Source: Paramecium tetraurelia (lineage: Eukaryota). From it: a stretch of 64,000 nt of DNA. This document shows positions 39,547-53,815 of the stretch, piece by piece (position 1 is the first letter of the stretch; each line of letters opens with the position of its first letter). The translations under genes were made by a program, and so were the position numbers. The stretch spans positions 124,001-188,000 of the forward strand of contig CT868677.1 of assembly GCA_000165425.1 (NCBI GenBank), in the 5' to 3' direction. The notes under the pieces are model-generated. The model did not search any database. It worked only from the letters and a program-made list of their open reading frames with translations, and was not told the origin of the DNA.

Positions 39547-41725
39547 TCATATGTATTGTACTGTAGGTTAAGAACTAAAAAAATTTGTATCTATGACATC
39601 CATTGATATTTTTTAGGAATTCCAAATTTGTTTACTTGATTTTTGGTTTCTTGAAGTAATTTTAACATTTGTAAATATTTTATCAAATCTTGATCGAGTG
39701 CTACCGTGATCTGGTATTGGATGAAGAGAATCACATAATACAAATCCTTGTTATGCTTTGATTTTATAAAATTAATCTACACTCTAAGAAACTGATTTGG
39801 AATGAGAACTCATTGGATTACTTAAACATTATTTTAATATTTCCATTTTCTATTAGATTTAAGGACTTGTAATACGGAATTATCTTTTACTCATTGTAAG
39901 AAAAGGTAAGCTATTTTATTAATATTCAGGTTCCTCTTATTGATTATTTTCTTTTGGTATGAGATTACGTTTAATTTAATCAAGTAAATCTTTACTGTCT
40001 TTTTGATGCTTACTAAAACAAGGAGTCTTTCCTCTAATTATAGCTAGAATAAAATACTTAGGTTTTGTTGGTTGAAATTATTCAAACTACTTTTCAACTC
40101 GGATTAATAAACATTTTTGAAAATTATCACCTGCCATTTTCAACATATTGAATTCCTCTTATTTATTTGATACTTTATCGCTTTTGGAATGTTATAAAGC
40201 AATTGATTGATTCTATTCAACCATTTGTTATTTTGTCATTTTAGGATGAATTGAAGATCTTAATATTGGAGAGGATATTTGAGGCGATTTAATTAATTTT
40301 CGTTATTAATTCATTTCGATATCGTTTAGGTATCTTCTCTCAACAATATTGCTTTCTTCTCTCTTATGTAAATTGAGATTTAAAATTTTAGTTTATATGA
40401 TTTCTTCCAATCGTTTGTTATATAGATTAGCATTCTTCTAAGAAAGCAATTATAGAGGGTTAATAAATTCTGGGAATTATCTTTTAACTATCAAATAATT
40501 ATCATGATTTAAGACATATACAATGCATTGGGAAACTGTTTTGACTGTGTAATCTCTTCTTTCATTCTAGAGATAAATATCGGTTTCCCCAATAAAACAG
40601 CCATCAGTCAAATTCGCTAACTAAATATTAGAATTTCAATTTACAGTGACTAGATCAATTTATACAATTTTATCTTTTTTAGGTTCAATTGGTAATTGAT
40701 TCTATTCTTGTTTTAGAAATGGATGAAAATCAATTGTTTTTTATAATTAGATTTCTCCTTCTTTAAGTAAGAAGAACCCATCTGCCAAGTCATTTTATTT
40801 CCAAATCTTATAATTTTGTGGATATTTGTATTATGAAAAATACATAATCAATTTGCTGATTTTAAATTTAGTCATTGTCGGAAACATTCTCAAAAAATAT
40901 TCAATTTTCTCTTACTAAGATTTGATTTATTTTTCAAATATTTTCTATATGATAATAGAGAATATACTTTGAAGTTAGATTTATTAAGAGAGAGTACTTA
41001 TAGATCAGAAATAGTTATAATGCTGGCGGCTCTAGGCTTATCAGTAGTTAATGCCATATCACCAAAGTATTATCCAGAATGTAGTTAAGAGATCTATTAG
41101 AATTTACAAATTCCATAGTTTGTAAAATACATATCGAAATTCCCTGTATTTAGTAAGAGCAATTCAGATTCAATTTGTTTAAGTGGTTTAGTTTACTTTT
41201 TAATTAATTTTTCATAAAAGGAGAATCTTGATTGAGATTCAATTTCTGAAATCGAATTAAGTTGCATTTTTTCTAAATACTATTCAATTTTAGGTTAGAT
41301 CTCTTATTCTTCTGTTTCAATTTGTTGCGGTTATCTTTTAATGTATACTGCAGCTGTTCCTGTGAGAATTATATAGAATTTGTCTCCTTGATCACCTAGA
41401 ATATGTATAAGAGATACCTAAATCAAATACAGCATTTTATTTTTGAAAACTCTCGTATTACAAATTTTATGATATTAACCTTGTGAATTCGAATAGTGTG
41501 CTTGTTTCTGGACACCAAGATTTAAATATTTCTATATTTTGCATTACTCCTGTTATAGAATCCACTTGCATTTCTGTCAAACTTTGATTATCTGTGTACA
41601 TCTAAATGACAGGCTGAGAATATTATTTATTTGATTACTGCATACATCAATTCTTTAGATTAGATTTCATCAACTATATCAATTTGGACTTCTTTAGTAT
41701 TAGCATTAGTTTTCCGTCTACTCAT
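39547..41725 (-). CDS. Cyclic-nucleotide-binding domain protein (two CNB domains)
   Basis: 'DQGDKFYIILTGTAAVY', 'LHSGQYFGDMALTTDKPRAASI', second domain 'DLADGFFLLKEGEI...LTDGCFIGETDI'. Confidence 0.85.
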
Positions 41726-41849
41726 GTATTATTGATAATAATAAAAATAGTATGGAAAAATAACATTCTGTAATTTTGACGATAGGAGTCCTATTATCAT
41801 TATTGTATGAATTGATCATCTATTTGCTAGGTTTAGTTCAAAATTCGAT

Positions 41850-42446
41850 ATGAGTGAAGGTACTGTTAATATTAAATTAACAATACAAACAATCTTATGG
41901 GTTTTGATTTCCTTGATTTTGGTTGTTATTTAACACCTATATTCAAGAAGAAAGATTCCTTCGCAGCCTTAATAAGAAATAATTCAAGAACAAATAAAAG
42001 ATATAGATTCGCCCATGCGGCCAAGAAAGGTAGCTGCTTTAATGGACGAACAACTTACATTAAGCAAGGAAGATTCTTGTGCTGGCATGGGCGAATCATT
42101 ATAATTAAAGACCATTCAAAGTTAATAAGATTTTGATGAAATTTCTATAACATCTAGTCTAAGAAAAAGATCAAATTCCATTGCAAGTGAAGGTTTGCAA
42201 AGGAAGGTCTCTTTCGATGAGAGTTAGAACAAAATTCACACTTATAAAAAGAACAATAAGTTGGAAATTAGAAATTTTGAATCTAGCTTTTAGTCAATAA
42301 AATAAGAGAAAAAGAAGAAAAATGAATTAGTAAAATAGAAGAGAAAGGAAGAAAATTTCAAGAAGATGAATATTAATGATATCAACAAGAAAGGAAGAAA
42401 AAGAAAATCTTCTTTGGATGAGAATTTATCCTAATCCTCATATTGA
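41850..42446 (+). CDS. 198-aa protein with an N-terminal membrane anchor and an RVxF-type motif
   Basis: Intronless code-6 ORF: 'TILWVLISLILVVI', 'RKRSNS', 'RKVSFDE', basic C-terminus. Confidence 0.75.
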
Positions 42447-42558
42447 TCTATCATTAAATTATATTAATTAATGTTTCTAGAATTATATTAATTTTTGTTG
42501 CTCAATATTTACTTGAGCATTTTATAATTTAAAAGTAAAATAATTTTTAAAGTAAATA

Positions 42559-44778
42559 ATGTCAAACACGCTCTTTCAAAGAAATGGCAATCCCAATATT
42601 TTTTAAACAAACTAATCGAATACTAATTCATGGACCCTTCCTTAGTACTTTATATACTAATTTTAAGAACATAAAGAAAACGGGATGTCCAGGGTTCATA
42701 TAGAGCCAAGTTTGAACAAATCAAAATCTAAGTGGTCGATGACAAAAATGTATTGTCTACTTCTATTATCCTTCAGCCTTAATATGATAAAATGGTAATA
42801 TTGGCTCATAATTTTAGACTATGGTAATGATTAGATTGGAAGATTATTACTTGATTCGAGCATAATAAATCGAAGATTATCATATAAACACTATTTAAAA
42901 TGCAATTCATTAAAAACGGTTCAATCCAACTTTGATTTCTAAAGTGGCTGGCAAATGTAAATCTAAATTCTACTTTAGCTATTAACGTACCAATTTTTCA
43001 AATATTAAAATCTGGTTCTTCAATATGGGAATCCAATAATTAGTCTCAATAATAACAAAATATTTTTAACACGGCAAGCTCCTCTATGAATGATAATAGA
43101 CAATAAAATAATTTTTTCAGTTCTATGAACAACTAAAATAATTAGTAATAATAATCAAAGTAATATGGAAACATATTTAGCACTGCTCCAATAAATAATA
43201 ACACTACAAACTCAGCCAATATATTTTCTAATTCTAGACAGAATCAACAATAATTAAATATATTCAACTAAAATGTGTTCAATAATACCAACCCTCAATC
43301 TGAATAAAACAACTACTAGACAAAAGATCAGAATGTTCCTTGGATGTAATCATAGTAATAATAATAAATAGGGAATATTTTTTAATAAAACAAACCCTAA
43401 TTATAAATTTAAATTCCTAATCAATAATAATCAAATTCAAATAATGATGCAATTTAATTTAATAATAACTAAACTATTAACTCAATATTTTCTTAACCAT
43501 AATAGTAATAACAGATGAATAATAACTTATAGTCACCATTTTTTTAATAATAACAATAAACTTCATAATAATAATAAATATTTTAATAATAATAATCATA
43601 AATTTAATAATAATAGCAAATGATTCCTATACAAATGCCTTCATAACCATTTCAACCATTCTAAAACATGAATAACATGAATATGTTACCTAACGATTTA
43701 TAAATGATTTAATATTAAAATTAAATGAATCCTATTTAATTTATTAAACAATCAGTAGACATGATAAATACTTTTACAACCACCTTAAACAACTCTATTT
43801 AAGAAATGGAGAAAATGTATAAACTAGAGGAAGAAAAATATTTAGAATAGGAATACCTGATCAATTAACTTGAACAAAAAAAAAGAATAGAAAGGTAAAA
43901 AAAGTAACAAGAAATAAATTTATTGCCTAAAAAGAAAAACGATTCTCACACTCTCTTTAGAATGATGCACTCATCTAATCATTTAAATATTTCTAACAGC
44001 CAAAAAAATTCAAGAATTAGTACGCAATAATCATAAGTTAATTGTGGTAATAATGTCAGCAGAATTTCATCCAAACAAACCAAAACCAAAAAAGAATATA
44101 TTATTGAAATCTATTTTGAAGAAAGTGAAAATTTTATAACATTTAATGAAGAATTTAAGGATATCAAATCCAAAAATGATTTTAAAGAATAAATTCTTCA
44201 AAAAATTGATTAAATGTAGGTTTTTTAAAATGATAAAGCTGCTTATTTTGCAAAAAGCGAGTTAATTATAGATGAAAATAATAATGAAGATAATCATAAA
44301 ACTTTATCATTTCGAATATTTTAAACTTACAGACCTATATTAACAAAAAATGGATATTACACCTTACCTGATATTAGTCAACTAACTATAAATCAATTAA
44401 AAAATGTAGAAGATTTCACCATTTTTAATGAATATGGCTCTTTGAGATGGGATTCTCCAACAAATTTATTATATCTAAATTTGGATAGAATTGTTGATAT
44501 CCAAGATTCAAAAGTGGAAGTATATGATCTAGATCAAATACATGAATACCTCAAGCCAAAAGTGAATAAGAAACTAAATAAATCGTGTTTGATTACTTTA
44601 AAGGTTCCAGTCGAAATAAATTAAGAGAATTATGATAAGGAACATAAATTTCTTTCATAAAAATGCCATGAATAAAATATTGAATTAGTGGAAATAGATC
44701 AAATAAAATAATAATTTGTTGTTAGAGTTAATCACTTCTCCATCTATACATTTGTACATGATGAACATGAAGAATAGC

Positions 44779-44811
<33 letters not shown>

Positions 44812-46390
44812 CAATTTTTAGTGAAAATACTAATAATTAATAATCATAGGAATAAATTGATAGCAAACAGAATCAAGATAAATAGATGAAACAAAATGAA
44901 TTTGATGAGAAACACTATTTGTTCTTACAACAAGTAAATGATATTTGTAGCTTGACAAAGTAATCTACAAATTAAAAAATATCAAAAATAAATCAAACAA
45001 AAAGATAAAATATAGAATTAGTTGAAGATTTTTAGATTTGTGTAAGTAATAAAGAAATGAATGAAATTGACTATCAGATCTGTCATTATTTCATGCAAGA
45101 CTTCGAAATTTAAAAGGAAATTCCTATTCAAAATTAATTTTGTATTAAACTATTGAAATGTTTATTTGCAATAAGAAATGATGATAGATCTTAATTAGCT
45201 CCAAATGAAAAGAAATTACTCGGACAGAGATTGCAGTTTTTTAATATTTTATTTGGTAACTCACTTATACAACTAGAAGATTATATATAATTTTTGGAAT
45301 TATATCCTGAATAATATGATTTTTCAGATTTAGAGTAATATTAAAGGCCTAACTAATTTTAGTAAGGATTAAGCTTAATTTTATATTTAGAATCAATTTA
45401 AGCCTGTAGACTCAAAGACGAAACTGAAAGTTCATATACAGAAAAAGTAATCAAAGAAATAAAAAATAAAAATTTGTTGAATTAAACCTAAAAACAATAA
45501 TAAATGTTATCATTTTTATCTGCTCAACCCTCAAAAGTGATTGATTTACCGTTTTAAGCAGATGATTGGATTAGTATGATTTTAAAATGGAAAGTCTAGC
45601 AGAATGCCGTCCAATATTCATAAGAATGGTGGATAGGGTTGCTAAATTTATTGGAGGAAAATGAAATTTAATCTACTGAATTAGCTTCCCTCATGTATTT
45701 TTTATCTTCAAAATAAAATCGACCTTTAGAGAAGATCTATAATTATTTAAATAAAAACCATAATTAAATGTCAATATTTTTAGAAATACTAATTTATAAC
45801 CAGGATAAAGCAAATGTAAAAATACACAAAAGAATCATCACAAACAAATTAACATTTTTGATAGAGAACAAAGAAAATAGCTATTTTATAGAGTAAATCT
45901 TACAATAATTTCAAGAGTTATTCACCGTAAGTGAATCTGAAAAGTATAAAGAATATATATCGAAAATGCAAAGCACATTGTTTTACTAAGAAAATTTTTT
46001 AATAATAGATGAGGAAATTCGTTTGTAAAAATTGATTGATCAACAAGATTATATAAACTTAGGAATTTACATTTTAAAGTTGAATTCTCCTAGGTTTGAG
46101 AACTATGTTAAATTCCTATTTGAGTATACAATTCCAATTTTAATTATTTTTGGAGAAATCGAATCATTGACGAATATTACTCAGGAATTAAAGGCAAAGT
46201 AAGGCATTTATCTATTCAAAAACAGATATTAACAAATTTTAGACATGAGTGAAGTAATTCATATGATTTATAATTATAGGTGTTTTGTGGAACTTTGATG
46301 TACGAAAGTCGAATCTTTGAAGACTTTAAGTCAAAAAATGTTTTTGAATACTAAATGTTATAAGTGTTAGATGAATATTATTTTACATGA
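42559..46390 (+). CDS. NUP98: Nup98-Nup96 precursor with NIFN-type repeats (micronuclear-type Nup98)
   Basis: GLEBS-like 'SIILQPQYDKM|TMVMIRLEDYY'; NIFN/NIFS/NIFQ repeats in an N/Q-rich region; autopeptidase domain 'LTKNGYYTLPDI...VRVNHFS' (HFS at 44733-44741). Confidence 0.88.
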
Positions 46391-46423
46391 TAATGTAGAT
46401 ATAAAATATGATTAAATATAAAA

Positions 46424-48859
46424 TCACATGCATTCATACATGAATATTAGTGCTTTGTATTATTACAATTCCTCCAATCCATTTTGCATTAAATTGATAT
46501 ATTCTTGAGAGTAGGTATTTTATATTTTATTTAATGCTTTAGTCAATTATTCTTAACCAATTTATCTTAAGAGTAATTGATAAAGCAATTCTTTTGGCGT
46601 TTCACAAATAATGTCTTCATCATCTTGAAAGCTGTCTCGTTCTCCATTTTCATTTGATGCATTCGACTTTTATTCTAAACTATCATCATCCTCTCGATCC
46701 ACACTTTCTCTAACTGATTGTTGTATATTAAGTAAATCACCATCTCCTACATTAATTACTTATGAATGTTTAACATCACCGCCTTCAGCAGCTATAACAA
46801 TATCTTCTAATTCTGCTAATAACTGTGATGCTTCATTTTCTTATTCCTCCGAATTCTTAGATGCTTCTTTGATAACTTCTTAGATTTCGGATTATGTGTT
46901 ACTATTTCTTTATCTTTTCATCTCCATTAATTATTTCATCTTCTCTCTATCATCTTTTGTGTCATTTTTTATTTCTCTAATTTCTTATAGGATGAGTTGA
47001 CTTTCCTTTAATTATTATCTGCTTGGTTTAACAGATTCAGTTTTTTAGATTGGATCAGCTTATTATTAACTGGGAGGAGGTTGAGAAATGTATTGTGCAA
47101 CTTATACTCTTTCAGTTTAAGGGGCTTAATATACGCTGTCCCTTTATTCCTTTTAATCTCTAGAAGATGAAGGGTATTATGATTATAATTGTTATTCTAT
47201 CTTTTATTGCAAATCGATTTTTTATTATTATTATTCTGTCTTTTAATTATTATTGATTGGTTCCAATCTAATCGGATCTTTTACTGACATAGGATCAGAT
47301 TATTACTTTTAATATTTTTATTGGATTTATGGTTAAGAGTATGGTTCTCTAGATAACTTGGGTAATTCATACTTATCAGGTTATAAGTATTTTAATTTAT
47401 TTTCTTAAAGCTATTGAAACTTTTCTTCATTTCTTTTGATTTATTATCTGACTTATTCTCTTTATATTTCAAAGGGAGATTTGTCCCTCCCTTCTTTATT
47501 AAATGGAGATTTGCTTAATGGTGATTTATCTTCGTAATATGGTGATTTTTCATTTCTTTATTGATTTAATGGTGAAATATTTGGTCGATTATTAACTTAT
47601 AATGGTTATATTTATTATTGCTATTGTTATTATTATTATTATTATTATTATTTATTGTATTGATATTTTGGATAATTCATATAAGGATTATAATTTTATT
47701 AAGATGGTTTAGATATATAGTCATAATTCTAATTTAAATATATAAGATATTTACTTATGGTAAATGCTATTAATATAATTGTTTCTGTTTTAATAAATTA
47801 TTTTAAGGTTATCCTCTTGCATTAAATGCCAATAAATAATTGCTAGGCTATTATTATTATTGAAATTGTTGCAATGGTTGTTGTTATATTTTGCCAAGGT
47901 TTGGTTATGAACACACACTCCTCAATTCTGTATCATATGGAACTATCAAATTATGATTAACAAAATTTTATTTGTGTAAAATAGTATGGGAAAATTCAAC
48001 ATTTCTAATACTTTCAGAGAGAACACTTCTGATTCTGTTTACTATGATAGGCCTAAATTAATGTTTGAATATACATCTTCAAGACTTCATGTATATTGGG
48101 TCTTCTATTTGGATCAACTTAAAGTAAAGATGAGATTAATTATCTCATATTGGTGGAGAATTTATCAGGGATAGGGGTTGTATTGGCCTCTAACAATTTT
48201 AAGGGCTAATCCATGTAAGGATTCAGCATTAAATGGAGGTTTGAGGAGTACATAGTTCATAAAGGATGATGCCCAAAGACCAAATATCAGTTTTGAATGA
48301 GTAATCTCTACTTTCTATGATTTCAGGGGATAAATAATAGGGAGTTCCAACTATGGTCTTGCATTTTTCTCTTGTGTGATTCAACACTCTGGCAATTCCA
48401 AAATCCCCAAGTTTGATAATACCATCTTGAGTTAGAAATATATTTTAGGTTTTTAAATCTCTATGTATGATTTTTCTATCATGAACATGTTTGATTGCTA
48501 AACATATTTATGTGAACCAATCAAGTATTTATACTTCACTAAAGAGACATGATCCTGTCTATTTGATTTTATTGCTTAAATCCCCACCATCTGCATAATC
48601 CATAACAATGCATAACCTACCTTTTTTTGTTTTGTAGACTTCTCTGAATTTTAACTATGTTAGGATGTCTCAAAGCTTCTAAAATTCTTGCTTCTTTGAT
48701 TGTTTCTCTTCTTTCATCTTCTTTCATTTAATTTAAATCTACTTATTTGATCACACAAAGGGTTCCATCTTGAATGCATTCCACCAAATATGCCTTTCCA
48801 AAAGAACCTTCTCCCAGTAATTTGATTCTTCGATAAATCTCATTTTCATTCTATGCCAT
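46424..48859 (-). CDS. NIMA-related (NEK) kinase with Q-rich C-terminal extension; three frameshifts as assembled
   Basis: GEGSFG, '[13 protein letters not shown]', '[32 protein letters not shown]', '[11 protein letters not shown]', 'GTPYYLSPE'. Confidence 0.88.
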
Positions 48860-48959
48860 TTTTTATTTTTGAATTTAAATTAACTAGTATAATTAATTGT
48901 TAATTTATTATTGAAATAATTATTCTTCAGTTCAATATTGTTTATAATTGTATATGATA

Positions 48960-51900
48960 TCACTAATCAGATAATTGAGCTACATTAAATCTTAGATCCT
49001 GAATCTCTCCATCTTTGTCCGTACACTGTTGTCGTAATCCTTCACATTCTCCAAAGAGTACTGTCAACATCACTGTTTAATCTTGTACTCTATATTATCA
49101 TTATACACTCTTACATTTTCTTCACTTTCTCTAACTCTTGTAACTGTTATTCTTAATTTCTGATTTTCTTTTGTAATTCATCTGATCTATTTAACTCCTA
49201 TTCATATTTGGGCTACACGATTGCATACTAAAATATTAAAAATAATTAATACTTTCTCTTCAAATGGAGTCAATTGGTGAATCTTGTCCTCTAATTATGG
49301 AAGTAGATTTTTATAATTCATTCAATTCCTTAAAGTTTCTGATTCAAAGAAGAATTTAATCTATCTTAATCAATTTTATATTGTTTATTGTTATTTTCTA
49401 ATTCCAAAATTCTTGGCCTCTCAGGAATTTAGTATTAAATTGTTAATTTTGTTCTAATTAATATTAATCTCTCCATAATAATTTCCTTAATATTATTATT
49501 GTAGATTCTTGTATTTTGTATCCAATAACCCATTATTTTGTTTCAATTCCTCATATGCTTATAACTTATCATTCAATTATCTTGTTAACTTTTCAACTTC
49601 TTTTTGACTTTGATTTAACCTATTTTCAACTTCCTTGAATCTGGCTTCGTTTTATTTCAAATCTAAAATTGTAATTTCTTCCTTAGCAATCTATTGTCTC
49701 ATCTAATCGTTTTCATTTTATTAATAAGTGACTTCCTTCTTGGCTCTATTTAAATCATTTTACAATCCTTTAATTTAGGTTTCTAATTGATTGATTTTAT
49801 CTAATGCTTATTGTAATTAACTTTAAATCTACTCAAAATTTAGAGTTTTCTATCTCTCATTATCATATGATCTCTAGAGATTATTCAATCTAGTTTCAAG
49901 CGAATTTATGCTATCATCCCTATTTCTTAACAATCCTTCAGTCTAATTCAATATCCAATTTAATTAATCTATATCTAACTGTTTCTATCTCAATTATTTA
50001 GTTAATCTTTCAATATCCTATTGTAATCCTTAAATCCTATTTTCAAATAACCTATTCTTCTCTTCTAATTATCTTTTTTCATCAATCACTGGTTCAAGTT
50101 TAGAGTATTTCAACCTCCATTCATTCAAATCATTTGTTCTGGAATCCAACAATTATTTTAATCTAGTGATATCATCCAAATGGGTTTATAATTTCTTTTC
50201 CAATTCCCTTAATAAAGGTTCTAAATTTTTAAGTTTATTAATTTCATTCTCCATTGAAATTATTTACATATTTAATTTATCATTTTCAGTTAGTTTCTAA
50301 TTCAAGAATTCATTTAATCTTTAAATTTCTTTAGCCAATTCTTTAATAATGCTTTCTAATTCTTAGATCTTAAATTCATTTGATTTAGATTATAATAATT
50401 GTAATTCTTATTGAGCAAGTTTTCTCTTTAGATCATCAACCAATTATGTTAATTCATTGATTCTAGCGATTAGCTATTTATTCTGTAATTCAACTCCCTT
50501 GAGATCACTAAGAAGATAATCTAATTATGCATATCTACTTTGTAATTCTAATAATTATTGTAATCTGAGTTTGTTCTAAGCTAATAATCTTTGTATTTCA
50601 TCATTTTTATTGGCTAATTGATTATTCAAAGAGCTGATCATTGATTCCATAATTTATCTATCAACTTAGAATTGGTTTAATTAGTCCCTGAGATCTGCTA
50701 TATCCTTATCCTTTCCTTCTAATTGATCATTTGCACTTTTAAGTTCCCCTACATTATCATTTGATTTAGCATATAAGTCTTAGAGTTATCTTTCCAACAT
50801 TTCCTTTGAATTTTAGAGTGCCATAATCTAATCCTTGCATTCCATAATTTATTCATTTAATTAATTGATTTAATCTTCATATCTCTTGAGTTGATCATTA
50901 GCCTGTTGTAATTATTATTTCATGAAATCCAATTCATTCTTTCTGTTTCTTAATTCATTTTACAATTTCTCGTTTTCCTTCAACAAGTTGTTATATCTGG
51001 ATTATAAATCTTATAATTGATTATTTAAGGTAAAGTTGTCTTATTCTAATCTCTAGAGTTTTTCTTTTAATGCCTAAATCTAAGCATCTCTATCTCTTAA
51101 TTACGTGGCCTATCTATCAAAATCAGATTGTAATTATGAAAGTCTATTTTATAAGTCAGTGATTTTGGATTCACTTCCTGATTGAAGACTTCCAAGATTG
51201 TTAAATTAGCCTTCCAACTTAGCATATTTATTTTTCCAATCATTTAAATCTCTATCCCTATTCTAGAGTGTGTTAGTTAAATCATTAATTTTGGATTCAT
51301 ATTATGATTTCATTGTATTAAATTGATTTTACAGATTCGTGAATTTACTTCTCCAATCATCTAATTCTTACAATCTGGTTTTCAATTCAGTCTTCAATCT
51401 ATCAATTTCTGAGTTTCTCTCCAATAACAATTTATTCAAACGATCAATATCACTCTTATAGGTGCTAATTTAACTTTCATATTCTCTTATTTTAGTTTCA
51501 TATTATCTCAATTATTATTATAATTGTTCATAATTTTTACCTTAATTATTTTTATAATCATCTAATTCTTTTTATTTTTAAGCGAGTAGATCATTCAATC
51601 TTCTGATTTCATTATCCCAATTAGTTTTATCTGTATTATATTTATTTTTCCAATTGGTCAATTCTTTATCGCTGTCTTATAATTTCCTTTCTGCCTCTTT
51701 TAATCTACCAGCCAGACTTTAATCTACGCTTCCCAATTTCGATTTGTATTCGTTCAATTCTGATTCTAATTACTTAATTCTTATAATATGCTTTTCGATT
51801 TCAGATCTAATAAATATAAATACTTTAACTTGTAATTAGATATTTCAGTAGTTTATGAATCTAACTTAGTCTAGAGTTCTCGGATTCTTATTTCTTATTA

Positions 51901-52259
51901 TTCATTGACACCCTCTAATTCTTTAATTCTATTGAATTATGCATTATTCTCTCTCATCATTCTATCATTTTCCAATGCCAATAAAAAGCACACAACTTCT
52001 GGATTCTTGCCTAACCACTTTCTTTCAGTAGTTGGAGGAGGTCTAAATGTGTTATGAATCATATATACACATTAATTACTGTAGGCTATCCACTTGCTCT
52101 GAGTTGACTTGATCTTCTCACATCTGATCTTTGAACTGGCTGAGGTGATTAGTCTGCTGGTTTGGTAACTTAAACAGTTGGAGTAGTTGTTGGTTTAGTT
52201 TCTACCTAACTTTTGACAGTCTATGGTCTAGCTGATGAATATCTTGATGTATATGACAT
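48960..52259 (-). CDS. Long repetitive coiled-coil protein, likely cortical or cytoskeletal
   Basis: Continuous code-6 frame with mini-introns; recurring units such as 'EIRRLNDLL..K.KELDD' and 'WKNKY/WRSKF/WRLKY'. Confidence 0.75.
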
Positions 52260-52302
52260 TAATAAATAAATATCCTTAAAACAAAAACGAAGCAATGATT
52301 AA

Positions 52303-52959
52303 TCAGCAACACACCTTTTTCTTCTCATCTTTATTTTTGTTGCTAGTCAATTATTATTGTTATGGATGAACCATCTCTCTTAATGACTTCTCATTATATA
52401 TTGATCTTGCCAAATTTAAAAATGCATTCTCAACCTGTTAAATATCGCTATCATATACATACTTCTTCAGCTGTCTTTGCACTCACAAGATGATGCTGCA
52501 TATTAAATTCTTTTGATAATTGTTCAGCCATTTCCTAACTAACTTATCTAGTCTCCTCTGTTGCCATATCGATCTTATTACCCAGCAACATCAACTTTAC
52601 ATTCTAATCTGCATAATGGGATAATTCAGCCATCCAATATTTTGTTACATCCTCAAACGATTTTGCATTTGTTACATCATACACTATTACTATACCCTAT
52701 GCGCCTATAAGTAAATCTATCAATTGATACCTTTGTAATATGAATTTGTGATGTTTCTGAATCTCTCTTAACCTGCTGTATCCCAAATCTACAACTTTAT
52801 TCCTTGTCCATCTAACTTTATTGTTTTAAATCGGAAGTCGACTCCTATTGTGCTTAAATAAATATCTCTAAAAGTGTCATCACAATATCTAATCAATAAA
52901 GATGATTTCCCTACAGCACTATTCCCTATTATCACTATCTTAAATATTTACTCTTACAT
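52303..52959 (-). CDS. Rab family small GTPase (Rab1/Rab8-like)
   Basis: GNSAVGKS, TIGVDF, WDTAGQERF, GNKID, SAK; C-terminal CC prenylation motif; two mini-introns. Confidence 0.95.
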
Positions 52960-53815
52960 TTTATTAAATTATATATATTTTAGAAATTATCATTAAATAA
53001 ATGTCAATAATAAAATTATTGATCTTATTTCTTTAATAATTGTACTTAATATAATATATTAGTAAGCACAACTTATTCCAATAATTCAAAAATTACAATT
53101 TTAACATATTTTTAACAAAATTAATTGAGAGTACTTAAATAAATTACTATAATACAACCAATATATTGATTAATTCAAAAATCGAAAATCCATATTTAAA
53201 CTTATACATTTTTTCTAAGTAGCATATAAAGTTTATGATCGAATTATCATAAATAAACTCTTTAATTTTGAATTAAGGAAATAAATATGTATAAATATTG
53301 TGTCATTATATAGGTATTGCTTTTTTTCTTGTATTTATTTTATATTTCAACTCATGTGGAGTTCCACCCTAATTAAATCAAATGATATATCAATTATTGA
53401 TACTAATTTATAATAAATAGTATTATACTCCTATTTTATATATGTAAAATAATTGATCATGTGAATTTTAAGAAATTCTATGAGAGATATAATTTTTGCT
53501 TTCTTCATTTTAAGGGGAATTGCTCCCCCTTTGCGTTTGATAAAAACTGACTGATTAATTTCTTGAATTATATTCCGTTATTTATTTTATTGTAGGCTTT
53601 CCCATAGAGATACAAAAAGCATTATTATGATTACTACAATGCATGTTTAATCTGAAATAATAATCATGAAATCAAATCTATGTTAACAGTATTTTTAAAT
53701 TTTAAATTATACTATATTTTAATGAGGGAAGCTGATTGTTGATTGCCATTAAACTAGTTTAAAAGGAGAAGAATAAATATTAATATATATATATGATTGT
53801 TAATTATATATAAAA

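Noticed and set aside
44776..44810. (TAA)n microsatellite-like runs here and near 43500-43620, 47620-47650 and 55965-55995
   Set aside because: They are poly-Gln tracts within coding sequence under code 6, not independent repeats.
53514..53528. GGGGA-ATTGC-TCCCC hairpin in an ~850-bp intergenic gap
   Set aside because: Only a 5-bp stem with no further ncRNA hallmarks; could be chance or a remnant of a decayed gene.
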